Source: a virus
Strand: one strand, 5' to 3'
Virus record (IMG/VR): IMGVR_UViG_3300032050_000010
Length of the DNA: 64,000 bases
The first letter of the stretch is position 1, and every line of letters starts with the position of its first letter. Below the pieces are notes generated by a model. The model ran no database searches. It was not told where the DNA came from and was given only the letters and a program-made list of their open reading frames with translations. Both the position numbers and the translations under genes were made by a program. Shown here one piece after another: positions 28,350 to 39,100 of this stretch.

Positions 28350-29506
28350 TGAAGAAGGTAATTGTAAGAGCACCGCTCCTCAGCGTCTCAGGTTACGGTG
28401 AGCATTCTCGACAAATTTTCCAGTGGGCCAAATCTATTGATACGTGGACAGTTCAGACACAAGTTTTGAACTGGGGCAATACATCATGGATAATCAATCC
28501 AGCTGCTGAGAATGGCCTCATCAAAGAGATCATGTCATGCTCGACAAATCAGCCATCAGGATTTGACATCTCTATCCAGGTGCAGCTCCCAAATGAATGG
28601 GATCCCAAGATCGCAAGTTATAACATTGGTGTGACAGCAGCTGTTGAAACTGATCGATGCAACCCAGCTTGGATCGAAGCAGTCAACAAGATGAACGTTG
28701 TCATAGTTCCTTCTGAGCACGTCAAGAAGACACTTGTATCATCTGGTAATGTGACAACACCCATCCACGTGATCGGTGAGTGGTACATGCCTGAGATTGA
28801 TAATGCACCTTCATTTGATTTGCCACTTTCAACTAGCTTCAATTTTCTGATTGTCTCACAAATGACAGCACAGAATAGTTTGGATGATCGAAAGAACATT
28901 TTAGACACATTGAAGTGGATGCTTGACGTCTTCAAGGACAGCAAGGACGTCGGCATCGTCTTAAAGACAAACTTTGGGCGTGGCACAAGAATTGATCGGA
29001 AGTACACGCAAGATAACATTGAAAAGTTTATCAACCAGAATAGACGCGGCCCATACCCACGTATCCATATTCTGCACGGCAACCTGACGTCGTCTGAGAT
29101 CGCAGGGCTGTACAGACACCCAACCATTAAGTGCCTAGTTAGCCTGACAAGAGGCGAAGGGTTTGGCTTGCCCCTCCTCGAGGCATCTGCTTCAGGATTA
29201 CCTGTCATTACGACGAACTGGTCAGGTCACCTTGACTTCATGAAGCTAGGAAAGTTTATCCCAGTTGACTTTACGCTGGTTGACATTCCAGCATCTCGAG
29301 TTGATAATAACATCTTTATGGCAGGCACAAAGTGGGCACAGCCTCTTGAGGCAGATTTCAAGAAGCGGCTATCAAAGTTCAAGGAGAGCTATATCACTCC
29401 TCGTCAATGGGCCGAAGAGCTTGCTGTAAAGTGCCAAAAAACCTTTTCAAGATCTGCAATACTTGATAATTATGCAAAGCTCACAGATGCTTTGGGGATT
29501 AGATAA
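28349..29506 (+). CDS. GT4 glycosyltransferase
   Basis: SGYGEHSR, DRKN, RGEGFGLPLLEASASGLPVITTNWSGHLDF. Confidence 0.9.
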   Translation: MKKVIVRAPLLSVSGYGEHSRQIFQWAKSIDTWTVQTQVLNWGNTSWIINPAAENGLIKEIMSCSTNQPSGFDISIQVQLPNEWDPKIASYNIGVTAAVETDRCNPAWIEAVNKMNVVIVPSEHVKKTLVSSGNVTTPIHVIGEWYMPEIDNAPSFDLPLSTSFNFLIVSQMTAQNSLDDRKNILDTLKWMLDVFKDSKDVGIVLKTNFGRGTRIDRKYTQDNIEKFINQNRRGPYPRIHILHGNLTSSEIAGLYRHPTIKCLVSLTRGEGFGLPLLEASASGLPVITTNWSGHLDFMKLGKFIPVDFTLVDIPASRVDNNIFMAGTKWAQPLEADFKKRLSKFKESYITPRQWAEELAVKCQKTFSRSAILDNYAKLTDALGIR

Positions 29507-29817
29507 TGCTTGTTGCGTTTCTGATCATAACGTGTCTAATCTTGTCAACCTTGCTAGGCATTTCTGCTTACTATAATTACAAGTTTGGCAAGATAATCAT
29601 TAATGTTGAAGACACGATTGAAAGCTCGCTTGATGAGCTTGATGTTGTCTACGGAAGGATCTCTAAGATTTTAGAGATCCCTGTTTTTTTCGACTCTGTT
29701 GAGGTTCGACAGGTCATTGCAGACATTGAAGTTGCACAGCAAACTGTTCTCAAGATTGCAGGTGCTTTAACACAAACGCTAAGGGATAATGATGACACAC
29801 AAGAAGAAGACAGTTAA
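29506..29817 (+). CDS. Membrane-anchored hypothetical protein
   Basis: N-terminal hydrophobic helix followed by an acidic helical domain. Confidence 0.7.
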   Translation: MLVAFLIITCLILSTLLGISAYYNYKFGKIIINVEDTIESSLDELDVVYGRISKILEIPVFFDSVEVRQVIADIEVAQQTVLKIAGALTQTLRDNDDTQEEDS

Positions 29818-30520
29818 ATCATCGTCCCCGGGCGGTATGAAGCTTTACTTCCATGCGGGCACTCATGATGCTATTGTGAGATTTCAAAGTGAGACATGTG
29901 ATGATGAGAGAGAGGCTATCTACGTTCAAGAGATACTCCCAGCATTCGATAAACTTGTAGAAAATCTGATTTTTATACAGGGCTTCAATGTGACGCATGG
30001 TAACTTTGATGATCTTAAGAACGATTGCATCACATTCTTATTTGAGACGCTGAAGAAATTTGACGCTACGCGGGGCACAAAGGCGTTCAGCTATTTCAAC
30101 GTCGTCGCCAAAAACTGGCTCATTGTCAAGAGTCGACAGCGTGCGAAGGCTGCCAAGAGGATGTGCAGCATCGATGACAAGGATGCAATCAGCGAGATCG
30201 ATCTGATTGATCTTGAGAATTACTCAGTCGATCAGAACCAAGATGCCAATTTGATTAAAGAGGACACGACTACTAACATCTTTGTCCTACTTGAAGACAT
30301 CCGGTCAGATATGACGTGTGAGAATGAGATCAAGTGCATTGAAGCAATTAAGAAGATCTTTAATGAGATCGATGACGTGGAGATCCTCAACAAACGGGCA
30401 ATCTTTGTCTACGTTAGAGATATCACAGGTTTGACACCAAAGCAGCTCTCAATCTCAATGTCAAGCATCAGAAAGCGTTATAAAGATCTGATGGTAACCG
30501 GCGAATATGATATTTTCTAG
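29789..30520 (+). CDS. Phage sigma factor (sigma70 region-2; candidate late sigma)
   Basis: DDLKNDCITFLFETLKKFDATRGTKAFSYFNVVAKNWL resembles sigma regions 2.2-2.4. Confidence 0.75.
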   Translation: MMTHKKKTVKSSSPGGMKLYFHAGTHDAIVRFQSETCDDEREAIYVQEILPAFDKLVENLIFIQGFNVTHGNFDDLKNDCITFLFETLKKFDATRGTKAFSYFNVVAKNWLIVKSRQRAKAAKRMCSIDDKDAISEIDLIDLENYSVDQNQDANLIKEDTTTNIFVLLEDIRSDMTCENEIKCIEAIKKIFNEIDDVEILNKRAIFVYVRDITGLTPKQLSISMSSIRKRYKDLMVTGEYDIF

Positions 30521-30529
30521 GAGCTTGCA

Positions 30530-30889
30530 ATGTCATCGATAGACAAGTCACTTGACACGCTTAATGATAAAGAGAAGAAGATCAAGCAATTCTCAGATAT
30601 TCTTGATAGTTTGACATCAACGGAAGATAAGAAGAAGATGCTTTGGAAGGAAGTGTACGAGAATGCTGTCAATGACCGTGAGAATGCTGGCATCCTGTTT
30701 ACTGACACGCTGATGCAGATCAAGGGCAATGCAGCAAATCACAACATCTTGGGCCCAGTAGTTGTCAAATACATCGAGCGCATGTCACGTGCTAACGATC
30801 AAATCCTTAAACTTGCTGAGCTTATCGCGCAGGAAGAGAGCAAGGAGATGAGTATGGATGCTATCTATGATAAGATCGGTGAGAGCTGA
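30530..30889 (+). CDS. Helical hypothetical protein
   Basis: 119 aa with AGGAG RBS, coiled-coil-like; function not assignable. Confidence 0.7.
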   Translation: MSSIDKSLDTLNDKEKKIKQFSDILDSLTSTEDKKKMLWKEVYENAVNDRENAGILFTDTLMQIKGNAANHNILGPVVVKYIERMSRANDQILKLAELIAQEESKEMSMDAIYDKIGES

Positions 30890-32250
30890 TGTCTCTTTTA
30901 ACTAGAGCAGCGGGACCATTTGTCATCCCAAGTATTGACCGTGGTGATAGGCAGACAAATGCTCAAAACACAGCAACAAGCGGTACTGGATTTATCACGG
31001 CAAAGGTGATAGATTTTATATCAGATCCAAAGGCTTTGAGTGAGGAAAGAGTTGACCTCATTAAATCGTCTATTGTCAACAGCGCACATGTCAATGCAAT
31101 GCCTATCAACTCTATCTGGTGTCAGATAATTGAGGCAAATCGTCTTGACCAACACATTGCATACCCATTTTTCCCGGCACATCTTTGCTTTCCTATAAAG
31201 CCTGCTGAGCAAGTTTGGATTTTCTACTCAGCAGTAGATCAAACATACTACTGGATGTGCCGCAAGCCGGGTGACTATATTTCCGAAGATGTAAACTACA
31301 CGCACATCGATCGAATTGTTAATCAGCCAATCACAGCTGGTGGTGCAGGTATCGAACCGCAAATTGGTGCTAGAAGTGCCTTTAATGGAACAACTCAAAA
31401 TGCAGCTAGCTTCCCACAAGGCAAGACAGACAGTGTGTATGAGAAGACGTCAGGTGCATTTCTCAATGATGATCAAATCATCGCACAGTCGGAAGAGTAC
31501 CAGGAAAAATTTATCCAAGAAGCAGTTCCAAGGTTGGTTAGGCAGCCAGGCGACTTTGTTGTCCAAGGCTCCAATAACGCATCAGTTTTGCTTGGATCGT
31601 CTACAAATTCACCTGGCCAAGGAATTGTTGACATTGTTGCAGGACACAAGATAGAGACAATACCTGTCAGAAACACGCGCGGCAACCAAGAAATTGACAA
31701 GACGCAGGCGGCAATCACCGACAGTGCTACTGACTTCATACTTGACAAGTCAAGATTATACCTTGCGATGAATGATAACCCAGACAGCAATTTCTTCATC
31801 AACATTGAAGGCATCAATGGGAGTGGTGAGGGTGCTAGCGCTGTTATCAAGAGCGATCAAGTAAGATTAGTTGCAAGAAACGATGTCAAGATAAAGGCAG
31901 AGAATTCCAATGCTGCTGTCGTCATTAGATCGAATGGTGATATAGTTGTTGTTCCAGGAAGCGAAGGGCAAGTTTATCTGGCAGGGACATCATCAGATCA
32001 GCCCTACCTCAGATATGATCAATTTTCTGATATTATTAAAAGAATTTTAGATATAACAGCTGTTTTACAGTCAAACATACCAATAGTTTCTGCCGCAGCT
32101 GCGGCAGCAGCAGCACCTCCCACGGCATCTACGTCATCAACTGCAGCCGATACAGCCGCAAAAGCAATGGAGGTTCCAATTGATGCTTATACAATACAAA
32201 TCAATGATGCGTTGGAAAGCATAAAATCAAGTATAATTCTGGGATCTTAG
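30889..32250 (+). CDS. Baseplate hub/spike (gp5-like) protein
   Basis: FPIKPAEQVWI (OB-fold-like), PGDFVVQG, IKSDQVRLVAR, and position directly before the gp25-like gene. Confidence 0.6.
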   Translation: MSLLTRAAGPFVIPSIDRGDRQTNAQNTATSGTGFITAKVIDFISDPKALSEERVDLIKSSIVNSAHVNAMPINSIWCQIIEANRLDQHIAYPFFPAHLCFPIKPAEQVWIFYSAVDQTYYWMCRKPGDYISEDVNYTHIDRIVNQPITAGGAGIEPQIGARSAFNGTTQNAASFPQGKTDSVYEKTSGAFLNDDQIIAQSEEYQEKFIQEAVPRLVRQPGDFVVQGSNNASVLLGSSTNSPGQGIVDIVAGHKIETIPVRNTRGNQEIDKTQAAITDSATDFILDKSRLYLAMNDNPDSNFFINIEGINGSGEGASAVIKSDQVRLVARNDVKIKAENSNAAVVIRSNGDIVVVPGSEGQVYLAGTSSDQPYLRYDQFSDIIKRILDITAVLQSNIPIVSAAAAAAAAPPTASTSSTAADTAAKAMEVPIDAYTIQINDALESIKSSIILGS

Positions 32251-32273
32251 CAGTCGAATACTTATAAACTGAG

Positions 32274-32744
32274 ATGGCAGAGCGCAGCTTTAAAAATATC
32301 GGGACGACGGTCACGCAGCTTAGAACAGCTACGCCCACTGTTCCTGTATTTCCAATTGGCATCAAGACACCGATGTCGCTCGGTGGCAATGGTAATCCAT
32401 ACCAGATGCACACGTCTGTTGCTGAACAAGTTCAGGACAACTTGCGTAACATGATCATGACAAACTGGGGTGAGCGTCTAGGCCTGTACGACTACGGTGG
32501 CAATCTTAGGCTAATTTTGGCAGATTATTCGACTAACTCGGACATTGAGACGACAGTCATGCAGTCAATCATGCGAACGGTTGAAAAGTACATGCCGTTC
32601 GTCACACTTGACACATTTGACATGCAGAACCTCCCGTCGACAAGAAACGGGCAGGCAAAATTCCAAATCATAGTAAATTACAGCGTCCCAAAGATCGGCG
32701 CGAATAACCAGAAAGTTAAGATCATACTAGAGGTGATGGGATAA
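32274..32744 (+). CDS. Baseplate wedge / sheath initiator (gp25-like)
   Basis: QVQDNLRNMIMTNWGERL...YGGNL and VEKYMPFV. Confidence 0.85.
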   Translation: MAERSFKNIGTTVTQLRTATPTVPVFPIGIKTPMSLGGNGNPYQMHTSVAEQVQDNLRNMIMTNWGERLGLYDYGGNLRLILADYSTNSDIETTVMQSIMRTVEKYMPFVTLDTFDMQNLPSTRNGQAKFQIIVNYSVPKIGANNQKVKIILEVMG

Positions 32745-34588
32745 TGGCAACAATTCAGCAAAAACTCCGCCAACAGCGCCAGAGATCTTACCTTGGCAAA
32801 GATTTTGATGCTCTTAGGGATAATCTTGCAACCTACGCAAAGAGCTACTACTCTGACCAGATTAAAGATGTGTCAGAGAGCTCTGTTGCGGGCATGTTTA
32901 TTGACATGGCTGCGTACACGGGTGATGTCCTGTCATACTACCTTGACTACCAGTTCAATGAGTTAGATCTCTCATCAGCAACTGATGTAAATAACGTCGA
33001 GAGGCTGATTAGAAGAGCGGGCGTCAAGATCGGTGGTGCATCACCTGCCATCGTCAATGTTAATTTTTATGCAGTAATTCCAGCTCAAGTTGTCAATGGC
33101 AACTATCAACCTAATACACAATATCTCCCAATTATTCAGGCAGGAACTCAAGTTACTTCAAACTCTGGGATCGTGTTTGAGTTGACAGAAGATGTTGATT
33201 TTGGCGTCGTTGATAGCAATGGAAATCTTACTACAGAATACAAGATATTCTCACAGGATGCTGTAGGAAATCCTACAAGATTTGTCATGAAGGGCGTGGG
33301 TATCTGCTCATCAGGACGCATTGCAACAGAAACTTTCACCATTGATGACAGCTTTGTTCCTTTTAGAACAATAACTCTTGCCAATCAGAATGTGTCTGAG
33401 ATTATTGGTGTAACTGACAGCGATGGTAACCAATACTATGAAGTCGAATCGCTTACACACGACGTCGTCTACAAGGCAATGACAAACACCAAGTACGATG
33501 CAGATGTCGTAGAAGATGCACTGTCAGTTATACCTGCGCCGCGCCGCTTCACATCAAGCGGCAGCCGTGTGACAGGTAGAACAACTTTGACTTTCGGATC
33601 GGGTGATGCACAGTCACTCGATGATGATGTCATACCCGATCCATCAGAGCTGGCACTACCTCTGTACGGATCGAAGAAGACGTTCAACAAAGTTTCAATT
33701 GATCCTAATACGCTACTCCAGACAAGGAGCTTGGGTATCTCACCTACAAGCACAACACTTACAGTGTCTTATCGTTACGGCGGTGGATTGAACAATAATG
33801 TGGGTGCAGGAACAATCAACAGCATTTCTCGTCTTGTGCATCGCTTTCCACCTTCGACACCCACAAGCATTGCTTCCACAATTCGAGCAACTTTTGAAGT
33901 TGACAACACAGAGACAGCTGTGGGTGGTGAGGATGCTCTAACGCTTGAGGATCTGAGATCTATCGCGCTTGGTTACGCAAATTCACAGAATAGAATTGTG
34001 ACTAAGCAAGATGCTGCAGCACGCATCTATACCATGCCGTCTAATTTTGGCAGAGTTTATCGTGCAGGTTTCCGTCCAAACCCAGTTAATCCTCTATCAA
34101 CTTTAATGTACGTTGTTAGTCGAAACTCCAGTGGTCAACTTGTGCTATCAAGCGACACTCTCAAGATTAATTTGAGCAAGTACCTCAACGAGTTTAGATT
34201 GATCTCTGACGCAATAGACATTGTTGATGCAGCAATTGTGAACATAAGAGTGAAGTACACAGTGACACTTAACTCGTCTGCTGTGAAGAATACGACACTC
34301 CAGAAGATCAATCAGACACTTAAAGATTACTTCAACATTAAGAATTTCCAAATTGATCAAGGAATTCTAACATCTGATATTATGAACATACTTCTGAATA
34401 CAGACGGTGTCACAACAGTGTCCAATCTTACTTTTGAAAGTGTGAACGGCGTCGTCAACGGAACAGCATACAGCGACGTTGTCTTTAATGTCACCCAGAA
34501 CACTTTAAACGGTGTAATAGTTCCACCACCAGGTGGAATATTTGAAGTTAGATATCCAGATTTTGATATTATTGGTAATGTTAGCTAG
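32744..34588 (+). CDS. Baseplate wedge subunit (T4 gp6 / baseplate J-like)
   Basis: YLGKDFDALR, IDMAAYTGDVLSYYLDYQFNE, LTFGSG, VSYRYGGG, GGEDA, QNRIVTKQD. Confidence 0.88.
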   Translation: MATIQQKLRQQRQRSYLGKDFDALRDNLATYAKSYYSDQIKDVSESSVAGMFIDMAAYTGDVLSYYLDYQFNELDLSSATDVNNVERLIRRAGVKIGGASPAIVNVNFYAVIPAQVVNGNYQPNTQYLPIIQAGTQVTSNSGIVFELTEDVDFGVVDSNGNLTTEYKIFSQDAVGNPTRFVMKGVGICSSGRIATETFTIDDSFVPFRTITLANQNVSEIIGVTDSDGNQYYEVESLTHDVVYKAMTNTKYDADVVEDALSVIPAPRRFTSSGSRVTGRTTLTFGSGDAQSLDDDVIPDPSELALPLYGSKKTFNKVSIDPNTLLQTRSLGISPTSTTLTVSYRYGGGLNNNVGAGTINSISRLVHRFPPSTPTSIASTIRATFEVDNTETAVGGEDALTLEDLRSIALGYANSQNRIVTKQDAAARIYTMPSNFGRVYRAGFRPNPVNPLSTLMYVVSRNSSGQLVLSSDTLKINLSKYLNEFRLISDAIDIVDAAIVNIRVKYTVTLNSSAVKNTTLQKINQTLKDYFNIKNFQIDQGILTSDIMNILLNTDGVTTVSNLTFESVNGVVNGTAYSDVVFNVTQNTLNGVIVPPPGGIFEVRYPDFDIIGNVS

Positions 34589-34596
34589 GAGATGAA

Positions 34597-36108
34597 ATGT
34601 ATTTAGCACTATCAGCAAGTAAGGATACATACATTACCAATAAAATTATTGGGTCATCTTTCCGAGCCACAGATGCAAATCTGGGTCAAGCAGGCACGCT
34701 TGACTTGTTCAAACTGTACGATGAGAACAGGATCGTCGGAGAGACAAATCCAATTGAGCTCTCCAGAATTCTTATAAAGTTTGATTACTCCCCTCTCACA
34801 GCACTCCTTGCTACCAAGCTGAACACAAATGACGCTTCATTCAAATGTGAGTTAGTTCTAAAGGATGTCTATGGTGGCCAACCAACGCCCACTAACTTTA
34901 AACTAATTGTTTTCCCACTATCAAGAAGCTTTGATGAGGGCGTGGGCAGAGACGTTGTCGGTTATAGGGACATTGATGTCTGCAATTTTTTGACTGCATC
35001 TGTCTCAACAGGACAAGTTGAGAAGTGGTATGTGACAGGTGCTAATAAGCAAGGGCTGCTAGGATCTTCTGACATCGACATCATCTCAAGTGGCAACTTA
35101 AATGACGGAAATGGTGTTGTCAATCTTTGGAAAGAGCAGATCTTTGCGTCGGGCGAAGAAGATCTTAGAGTTGATATAACAGACATTGTATCAGGAACGC
35201 TTGCAGGCCTCATTCCTGATCATGGTTTTAGAATATCCTTCTCAGGATCGCAAGAGACAGATGAATTCACGAGATTTGTGAAGAGATTTACGTCTAGAAA
35301 TGCCACAAATGTAGGCAAGCGACCCGGAATTGTTGTCACCTACAATGATCTCGTCCGCGACAACCACAATAACTTCTTTTTCAATGAGACAGGCACGCTT
35401 CTCCTGTCAAACAACGTTAGAGGAATTCCTAGAAACATCCTGTCTGGAACACTTCTCACTCCCATAACAGGCACAAATTGCATGATCTTGACACTAGCGA
35501 CAGGATCTTTTACTAAGCAATTCAATGTCTCACAGCTAAGCTATGGTCAGAACTTTATCACAGGTGTCTACACATCTGACGCTATCCTAAACAGCTTCGA
35601 GAATACAACTGTCTACAATCACCTAATGAGCTCAGGATCGGTTGACTTCACAGAGATATGGGGATCCAATGACGGCAAGGTAGGTTATTTAACAGGATCA
35701 CTCACTGTCTATCGTCCCGATACAGAGCAGTATCATGTTGACCTTGAACGTCTTACAATTAGCATGACAAATATGCGGACGTCATACCAGCAAAATGAGC
35801 AGTACAGATTTAGGATCTTTATAGAGGACATCACAAGGCAGTTTATAGCTAAGAAGCTGCCTTACGAGAACAAGGGAATATTTGTTGAGGACATCTACTA
35901 CCAAGTTCGTGACACCGATTTGAATGAGGTAATTGTGCCATTCCACGATCCAGGAACAGCTGTGTCAAATGACACGTCAAGCCACTACTTTGACTTCAAT
36001 ATGACATCTCTTCCGCGCGGGCGCACATACACTTTTGACTTTAAGATCTTGAGAGAGGGCTCAGAAGTTGTGTTCAAAGACGTTGCAGCAAAATTTAGGG
36101 TGGATTAA
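34597..36108 (+). CDS. Baseplate-region structural protein
   Basis: 503 aa with ASKDTYI and SRILIKFD motifs, located between wedge genes. Confidence 0.6.
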   Translation: MYLALSASKDTYITNKIIGSSFRATDANLGQAGTLDLFKLYDENRIVGETNPIELSRILIKFDYSPLTALLATKLNTNDASFKCELVLKDVYGGQPTPTNFKLIVFPLSRSFDEGVGRDVVGYRDIDVCNFLTASVSTGQVEKWYVTGANKQGLLGSSDIDIISSGNLNDGNGVVNLWKEQIFASGEEDLRVDITDIVSGTLAGLIPDHGFRISFSGSQETDEFTRFVKRFTSRNATNVGKRPGIVVTYNDLVRDNHNNFFFNETGTLLLSNNVRGIPRNILSGTLLTPITGTNCMILTLATGSFTKQFNVSQLSYGQNFITGVYTSDAILNSFENTTVYNHLMSSGSVDFTEIWGSNDGKVGYLTGSLTVYRPDTEQYHVDLERLTISMTNMRTSYQQNEQYRFRIFIEDITRQFIAKKLPYENKGIFVEDIYYQVRDTDLNEVIVPFHDPGTAVSNDTSSHYFDFNMTSLPRGRTYTFDFKILREGSEVVFKDVAAKFRVD

Positions 36109-36110
36109 TC

Positions 36111-39100
36111 ATGGCAGCAAGCGTTGTTAGAACCAATCGCCCCACAGTTTTTACTTCAAATTTGAAGCTTGCGTCCCTGTCTAATCGATACGATGACGTC
36201 ACAATCAGCAACCAAGAAGCTTCAAATATTGGCAATACGGGTTCCTTTAGATACGACCAGATTGGAGCTGCATTAAAGTCGACACAAGAACTCAACATCG
36301 ATTACACACAGCTTGAAAATCACACTTTCTTCAATTCAGCAGTTGCAAAAGTTAACGTTGCATTTGATAGGATAATCAATAACTACCCATTTGACGGTAG
36401 CATCCAAGAGATACAAGATTTTGAAGACAGCTTGACCGGTTATGAGAGGTACATTCTCTCTCAGTTCACCAAGAGTAGAAACTTCTTACTGTTTGATGGC
36501 ACATCACACATTGCAGTCACTGATGCAGCAGGTATCAATTTTCCAACTGTATCAAAGAATGACACAGGCTTAGGAGTTCTTGATCCAAGGACAAATAGCT
36601 TCTCATTTGAGTTATTTTGCTATCCTGCAGCACAGTCAAATGATAATCAGATCATCTTGCAGAAGAGAAAAGATGCGACAACAGCAATTACACTTGCGCT
36701 GTCCCAATCAGCATCAACGACGACATGTGATGCTCTCTTTATTGTCTCGATGGGAAGCATGTATGTGACAGCGTCAGCAGCTGTCAACAAGGGTGAGTTC
36801 AATCACCTCTACTTTGAGTACAGCGCACTTGCATCATCATCATCGCTTACCATCTATCGAGATCTTGAACTTGCATCACCCGAGTCAGATTTTGTCGTAT
36901 TTGACGACTTAAATTTTAGCTCTGCAGATCTTTTAATTGGAACAGGATCGTCACATACAGCGGGTGCATACACATTCATCCCACAGCAGCATCTGTCGGG
37001 TGCTATAGATGAATTAAGATTTTTCCATGATACAAGGTCGCTGGCAGATCTTGAATACAATTGGAAGAAAGAGATTTATGCAACTGCACCCTTGAAACTG
37101 TATTTCAAGTTCAATGAGCCGACAGGATCTTACGCAGCAAGCGATGTTGTCCTCGACTACTCAGGCAATTCTCTGCATTCTTACATCACAAACTACAGTG
37201 ATGCACTGCGTGCTGGAGCAAGTATTGCAAACCCGATGGTCGCTGAAGATCCTGATCGCTGCCCTGTTCTGTTCGCAGATTATCCGGCAACGCTGGCTTA
37301 CAATCAAACTTTACTGGAAGATGCCCGCGACTTTGATGCAGTTAATCCTAACTTGATCACAAAGATCATACCTGCACACTACCTTAGAGAGGGCTTGGTA
37401 AGTCAAGGATTTGCTGATGAAGATGGAACAATCGGCAATGACTTTACGGGAACATCAATCCCAGGAACAGGTGAGATAGGTTCACCCCAGATTATCACGG
37501 CAATGCTTCTCGTCTACGCAAAATTCTTTGACGAGCTAAAGATGTTCGTGGATCATTTCTCAAATCTTGTCCACGTTGATTATGACCAAGACGTGTCTGT
37601 CAGCGACAAGTTTCTGCCATTCCTTGCAAACTATTATGGGTTTGAGGTGCCTTCCTTCTTTAAGACAGCTCTTGGTGAGCAGTTCTACGATGGTAGAAAC
37701 ATCACCCAGAATGATGAGAAATTGGCACAAAATCTTGACTACGTGAGAAAGCAGCTTTGGCGTCGTCTGTTGATAAACATGTCAAGCATCATGCGTGAAA
37801 AAGGAACGAATGCATCTGTTCGATCACTCTTCAACGCAGCAGGCATCATACCTGAGAATTTCTTCACTATTAGAGAGTTTGGTGGCCCAAAGAAGAACTT
37901 TCTTACAGGACGTAGAGAGAATAAGACAGAAATTGCCACAATGCTCGACTTCTCCGGTAGCTTAAATCTAACACCAGGCACACTCAACTCTCAAGGATTT
38001 TCTTCCGTAAAGCCTCACATTATAGGCTCCTTCCTCTCGGGATCGCGTGTCGAGCCAGGATATCCTACAGTTGCTGGAACTCCATCAGACGGTTTGTTCA
38101 CGTCAGGATCATTTACATTTGAAGGCATCTACAAGTACCTGGATCGTCAAGTTCACTTTGCGTCAGAGAGCTTGATGCGTCTTCATGTTACAGGAACGTC
38201 GGCACCGTCTGACGCACATGGTACGCTATTCAACATCATTGCGTCGTCAGGAAGTGAAGAAGGTGACTATTCACTGACACTTTACGGTCGACCGCTGCAG
38301 GGTATTTCAACAAATGTCATCACGCTGCAGCTAACAGGTGTCAACGTCTTTGATGGTGACAAGTGGAACATCGCATTTGGCCGCCAGCGCAGCGATCAGA
38401 TAGGACACGCATCGTCATCCTACTTCCTGCGTGTTGGCAAAAATATCGACACTGAGACAATTGTTACATTCCAGACATCATCTTACTTTTATGATGAAGA
38501 CACATTTGGCACGACCAACGTCCTCCAAAATGTCAGCAGCAATTACAATGCATCAGGAGCATTTGTCGTCATCGGATCGCAGAGCCTGGCATCAGGTGCA
38601 TCATTCTTGAACAGCTACACAGCAGATGCCAAGGTCACTAATTTTACCGGGCGAGTTGCACAGCTCAGAACATGGTCAAAGGCACTAACAGACACAGAGT
38701 TTAGTGAGCACATTCGCAACTTCAAGTCACTCGGTGTTGATGACCCTAAGATCAATTTCTCATTTGATACAGAGACAACAGGCACATTTGAGCGTCTTCG
38801 TGTTGACACAAGCACAGATCAATTTACGACAGGCGCTGATGGAAGTGGACAAATTCAAATCTTTGACTTTAGCCAGAACAATTTGTTCATGTCGGGCCTT
38901 GGATTTGAGGTAAACGCAAGAGTTATCAAGCCAGAGACATTCTACTACTCTCATTTAGCACCTAACTTTGACCAGAGTACGACGACCAATAAAGTGCGCG
39001 TGAGGAGTTTGCAGCGTCCTGAGGAATATGACATCAACACGGCACGCCTCGCACCTGTCTACGACGTCATTAGAAGCGAGGAACCAGAAGATGATCGCCG

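Noticed and set aside
28618-29208. Long antisense or alternate-frame ORFs (also 10293..10961, 27147..27671, 9..476, 63198..63491)
   Set aside because: They are shadows of well-supported + strand genes, with no recognisable motifs or independent signals.
30530-30889. Terminase small subunit
   Set aside because: Size and helicity fit, but there is no diagnostic motif and it lies far from terL; cannot be supported without a profile search.
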